Assembly (NCBI GenBank): GCA_036785375.1
Contig: JAWMAR010000148.1
Span: forward strand, 62,001-126,000
DNA from: Leucoraja ocellata
Lineage: Eukaryota
Direction of reading: 5' to 3'
DNA: 64,000 bases
Shown: piece by piece, positions 61,239 through 64,000 of the stretch
Layout: the number at the start of each line of letters is the position of its first letter
Position numbering within the stretch: position 1 is the stretch's first letter
Notes under the pieces: generated by a model
What the model saw: the letters and a program-made list of their open reading frames with translations, nothing else
The model's database searches: none
Told to the model about the DNA's origin: nothing
Position numbers and translations under genes: made by a program

Positions 61239-64000
61239 GTAAGTGTATGTAAAAGATGTATTCAGTCGTGATGTAGGAAAATGGACCAGTTAAAAGTGAA
61301 TTACAGGTATGGTTCACGTTTAAGGTGGTCACATGAGGTGGGTTTATTCATCAGGTATTTGGTTCATCTTCCTTTATTGAACAAGCCAGGGGGCAATAAA
61401 TCAAAATTTACAGAGCATGAAAGCTTGAGTCTTCTGATGTTAAGAGGGGATAAAGGAGTCCTTATCGGTGAAACTGCATGCAGAAACGGCAAGTAATCTT
61501 TAAGTTCCGTGAGCTTTCACCGAGCAAGTTAATGTCAGAAGTACAGACCAGGGTCCGTGTCAATGCAGGTCTGTATTCCATTGCAATCCCTGGTTCTGAA
61601 AGAAACACTGAGGGTTATGCCTGGAGCAGTGTCGAACATATCTAAGAATAAATGTGATCTGATCCCTTCTATCAAAGATAATCCTTTAGTTCTACTCTTG
61701 GCCAACAAAAACTAACTTGTTTTCTCTCTTTCCAGTTCTGCAGAGCGGTCAAGGATTTGAAACATTGACAATGTCTCTTTTCACAGATGCTGCCTGACCT
61801 GCTGAATGTTTCCAACATTTTCTGTTTTCATAGCTAAAAACGAGGTGCCATCCGTTGTGTTTCAGTCTCGACCATTTCAGAAGCTGGGATGAACCAGTTA
61901 CTGCATGAAAAGGTCAAAATGAAGATGCCCAGTCATAGTTGCACAAAGTTCAGTTTCATTTGCAGCTCTTCAGGAAATGGACTTGTCCAGGTCTGCATGC
62001 AGCAAGACCTGGAAAGTGTGCAGCCATGGGCTGCTAACATGGGCAAGTAATGTTACAGCCACAACAGTGCCAATTAAGGACATTTTCTAACAAGAGGGAG
62101 TCCAACCAGCTGCTTTTGATATTTCATGATGTTACCATGGACTACACCCAGTCTCATTAACATTACGCGAGTCATCATTCACCAGAGATCTCATAGCCAT
62201 GTAAGTACTATGGCTACCAGAGCATGTTAGCTGTTGGATACCCTGTGGTGAGAGACTCCTGACATGGTTTTTCCATCATGTGCACAAATTATGAGTGCAG
62301 TGGAATACTCCCCACATGCCTGGTTGAATGCAGCATTAATAATTCTAAAGACGTTCAACACCATCCAGATCAAACTAGCCCATTTGTATACAATGGATCC
62401 ATGCTTCCAGACTATGGCTTGTGTTATTCTATTCATGGTATTTCTTGATGTTGACAGCGGTTCTTCTCTCCCATATTGACTTTTTTTGCCTTTTTGTTTT
62501 TTAATATGGTTATATAACAAAAAAAACAAATAAAGTCAAAATGGGAGAAAATAAATATATTATGTGTATTGAAATGGTTCAAAGATTAACAAATCTGACT
62601 TGGATAAGAATATTTTTCACACCCTATTTGCTCAAAATAATTGTGGATTTGGATTGCTTTCTCATACAATAGATCGATGATATGCTCGAAAGGAATATTG
62701 TTATGGGTATAAATTTCTATTAATTTTCTACTTAGCTTGCAGAATGCATGTCTTGGGGAATAATAATCATCCTAATCATCATTTATTGTGTGCAAAAGGA
62801 TATTGTTACATCTTTCATGAGAATGGTATTTATCACCGGAGGTTTAACTAGGCTTTGAACTCCAATAGGTTAATATAATGTATTTTAAAATGTGCAGACC
62901 GTTACCTCTCAAAGCTGCCCCTTCTCTGTGATTAGAATGATATCTTGCAATAATAACTCAAGACACTGACACCCTGAATGTGAAGAGCCCAGTCATGAGC
63001 TGCATGCCTGATGTTTGAATGTGCCACATAGTAAAACAACATTATTATGATTTATGACAAATTTAATTTGCTGACCTATCGTTGCAACATTCTTGATCCT
63101 CCTTACTGCTTTATTGCAATGAAATTGTGTGGCCAGGTTAAAATTCCTAATTGCTGCAATCATTCACAGCAAACATGCCTTTTACTGATCATTTGCCTGC
63201 ATTTTGAATATGGTAATGGGTGAGCCTTGGCAAGAGAAAGCCATAAATATCATGATGAAGGAGAATCAAAAAAAACGATGGCAATCTGAAATAAAAATAG
63301 AAAATGCTGGAAACATTCAGCCGGTCAGATAGCATCTGTGGACAGAGACACAAAGTCAATGTTTCTGATCAAAAGCCCAGCATCAGAACTGAATAACATA
63401 TTTGGGTTATAGATAGTATCTCTCATCCTAATTTAAAAAGTATGTTTCATGTGGAAGAATTTATAATTTCACAAATATTTATCCATCTTGCAATCTATGT
63501 TGACAAGATAAGCGAATTAACTCATTTTGTACATCACAAAAGAAATTGCGTTCCTCCATGACCTGATTGTTATATGCTCTATCAAAACACTTACAAATGA
63601 ACAATGTGCTTAAAATAGCCATTGACTATATTATTCCTTTAAATCATTGGAGTAAACAGCAGTACGTTGGCCCCAGCCTCCTAAACTTTCTCTCCTGGTT
63701 TAACCACCAATAGTCATTACTGCTTGTACTTTGGACCATTTTTACAGAATAATCAGCTGTGAGCATTCCTCCTTGTTGCATGCGGTACCATTTTCATGAT
63801 AGCAGTATGATAGGGTTATTTTAATTGATTGCAGATAACTTTCTGACTCGTACGTGTAAAGTCTGAAAAGTTCAACGACTCGTCAGATTGACATTTCAAA
63901 TATGTTTAATCTTGGTTCCATGGTTCATTGACGTTGTGTCAGGCATGAAATGTTAAATGTATTTATATTTAACGTCAACATAGTTTTTTGAAGAAAACAG

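Overview
AT-rich eukaryotic vertebrate genomic DNA. The repeat landscape (HE1/V-SINE-like SINEs, CR1, Rex1/Babar, L2, Penelope-like elements) points to a cartilaginous fish, probably a skate or ray (inference). The window is the interior of one + strand gene, the bHLH-PAS factor ARNT2. Nine internal coding exons (2551-2764, 5941-6154, 22589-22691, 25698-25763, 25991-26076, 40652-40728, 50111-50245, 53064-53138, 61087-61238; 1122 nt, all AG/GT bounded, phases consistent) encode the bHLH, PAS-A, PAS-B and PAC regions; the gene ends lie outside the window. The introns are packed with transposon relics. Most notable: (1) a very young Penelope-like insertion built as a ~290-bp near-perfect inverted repeat around a GIY-YIG endonuclease fragment, plus a family of miniature fold-back derivatives carrying hammerhead-ribozyme-like cores, an asymmetric ~33-40 nt tail and 14-16 bp target duplications; (2) an ARNT2 that keeps ARNT1-type residues, including His in the PAS-B 'FVDHRC' motif; (3) several long palindromic MITEs and nested insertions. 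Most supplied ORFs are spurious or TE-derived. No prokaryotic systems are present. All family assignments are by motif recognition, not database search.
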